From: Alphaproteobacteria bacterium
GTDB lineage: Bacteria; Pseudomonadota; Alphaproteobacteria; CALKHQ01
Direction of reading: 5' to 3'
Assembly (NCBI GenBank): GCA_965227515.1
Contig: CBDDFZ010000001.1
Span: forward strand, 1,184,001 to 1,248,000
DNA length: 64,000 nt
Position 1 is the first letter of the stretch, and every line of letters starts with the position of its first letter. Below the pieces are notes generated by a model that was given only the letters and a program-made list of their open reading frames with translations, ran no database searches and was not told the origin of the DNA. The position numbers and the translations under genes are program-made. This document shows positions 62,444 through 64,000 of the stretch, piece after piece.

Positions 62444-64000
62444 GCCGCACCTCGTTCACTCGTAATGGTTTCGCTGAGCGTCATCAGCAGGCCGTCGCGG
62501 TCGGTCTTGGAGACATAGTCGTCGAAGCCGACAGCGCGGCCGCGTTCCAGATCGCGCGGCGTGCTGTGCGACGACAGCGCGATGATCGGGGTCGACTTCC
62601 ACAGCAGGGAGTCGCGTACCGCCTCGGCAAGCTCGAAGCCGTTCATGTCCGGCATCTCGATGTCGCTGACGATGACATCGAAGACCTTGCCGCTCTCGCA
62701 CAGCGCCAGGGCTTCCTGGCCGCTTTCCACCGCGGTGACGGAGTAGCCGGCCGCATTGAGCAGCGGGTTCAGCATGTTGCGGAAGAACGGGCTGTCGTCG
62801 ACCAGCAGGATCTCGCGCTTGTGGCGGTCGTCCTCGGTGTCGGCGGAATCGACCGCACGGAACCAGTCGGCGTGGGCCTGGTCGAGATAGTAGCCAGCGT
62901 CGAGGATGTCGGTTGCCTTGCCCTCGATCACCGCGCTGCCGATGTAGCCTGGCTTGTCGCCCGACAGCTCGACCTTCAGGTGGTCTTCGACGATATCGAT
63001 GATCTCGTCGACGATCAGGCCCATCGACAGCTCGTCGTCGGCGAACACCAGGATCGGCTGCTGGCCCTCGGTCTTGGGCTCGTGATCCTCGCTGATCGAG
63101 ATCAGCGGCATCAGCCCGCCACGGTACTGCACCATGGGACGGCCGCCGGACCACTCGATCTTGTCGATGTCGATCTCCTCCAGGCGCGCAATCAGCGCCA
63201 GCGGCACCGCCTTCGGGCAGTTGTCGCCGGCCTTGAACACCAGCATGGCGATCTGGTCGTCGCTGGACTTGGCCCGCGCCGCCTTCGCCTCCAGGCGTTC
63301 CTTCTCGATCACGCTCTCGCCGGTGGAGGCGGCAATGCCATTGGGATCCAGGATCATGATCACGCTGCCGTCGCCCAGGATGGTGTTGCCGGAGAACATG
63401 GTGATGTTGCGCAGGATCGGCGCCACCGGCTTGACCACGATCTCCTCGGTGTCGAACACGCGGTCGACCACGATGCCGAACACGTTTGCGCCGACGCGGG
63501 TGACCACGATGAAGTGGTCGGAGCTGCCGTGCAGGGTCTTTTCGCCTTTGCCGCCGCCGTTCGCGGCGCCTTTGAGCGATTTGACGGAGTCGGCATCGTC
63601 CGCATTGGCGTCGTCGTCTTCCAGGCCCAGTTCGCGGGCCGGGGTATCGCCGCCGAGACCCAGGATGTCGCGCAGCGAGACCAGCGGCAGAATGCGGTCG
63701 CGCAGGCGCAGGACGGGGGCCTGGTTGATCATTTCGATGCGGTGCTCGGAATTTGCGGACACGCGCACCAGTTCCACGACGCTGAGCTGCGGCATGGCAA
63801 ACCGCTCGCCGCCGCACTCGACGATCAGCGCCGAGACGATGGCCAGGGTCAGCGGGATCTTGATGATGAACTGGCTGCCGTTGCCCTCGGTCGAGTTCAG
63901 TTCGATGGTGCCGCCGATCTGCTCGATGTTCGTGCGCACCACGTCCATGCCGACGCCGCGGCCGGACACGCTGGTCACGCTCTGGGCAGTGGAGAAGCCG
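62440..64000 (-). CDS. cheA: Hybrid chemotaxis kinase CheA (two CheW domains plus REC), 5'-partial
   Basis: 'GFSTAQSVTSVSGRGVGMDVV', 'KIPLTLAI', C-terminal 'LLVDDSPFFR...SDIEMP'. Confidence 0.96.
   Translation of the reverse strand, partial: GFSTAQSVTSVSGRGVGMDVVRTNIEQIGGTIELNSTEGNGSQFIIKIPLTLAIVSALIVECGGERFAMPQLSVVELVRVSANSEHRIEMINQAPVLRLRDRILPLVSLRDILGLGGDTPARELGLEDDDANADDADSVKSLKGAANGGGKGEKTLHGSSDHFIVVTRVGANVFGIVVDRVFDTEEIVVKPVAPILRNITMFSGNTILGDGSVIMILDPNGIAASTGESVIEKERLEAKAARAKSSDDQIAMLVFKAGDNCPKAVPLALIARLEEIDIDKIEWSGGRPMVQYRGGLMPLISISEDHEPKTEGQQPILVFADDELSMGLIVDEIIDIVEDHLKVELSGDKPGYIGSAVIEGKATDILDAGYYLDQAHADWFRAVDSADTEDDRHKREILLVDDSPFFRNMLNPLLNAAGYSVTAVESGQEALALCESGKVFDVIVSDIEMPDMNGFELAEAVRDSLLWKSTPIIALSSHSTPRDLERGRAVGFDDYVSKTDRDGLLMTLSETITSERGAA

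Overview
GC-rich alphaproteobacterial chromosome segment, probably Rhodospirillales-like (inferred from the cheAY-cheW-cheY-cheB-cheR cluster, SH3_4, MlaA/MlaC and DUF4159 operon). It holds about 57 protein genes: housekeeping (acs, arfB, ettA, kefB-like, CLC), sugar catabolism, redox/sulfur genes, an ACC deaminase, a Fic protein and several AT-rich orphans. It also carries two complete IS elements and several families of palindromic intergenic repeats. No tRNA, rRNA or CRISPR array was seen. Highlight 1: an intact IS110/IS1111 element sits at the AG core of a GTAG-type REP, and its 3' non-coding end contains four readable guide segments matching its own target and donor junction (a bridge/seek RNA). 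Highlight 2: a stand-alone RelA/SpoT-like nucleotidyltransferase of the Apk2/XopAD type with no recognisable antitoxin. Highlight 3: a six-copy ~100 bp hairpin family with covarying arms, a conserved loop motif, an inverted core in at least one copy, and a G-quadruplex motif. Product calls come from motif recognition only; no database search was run.
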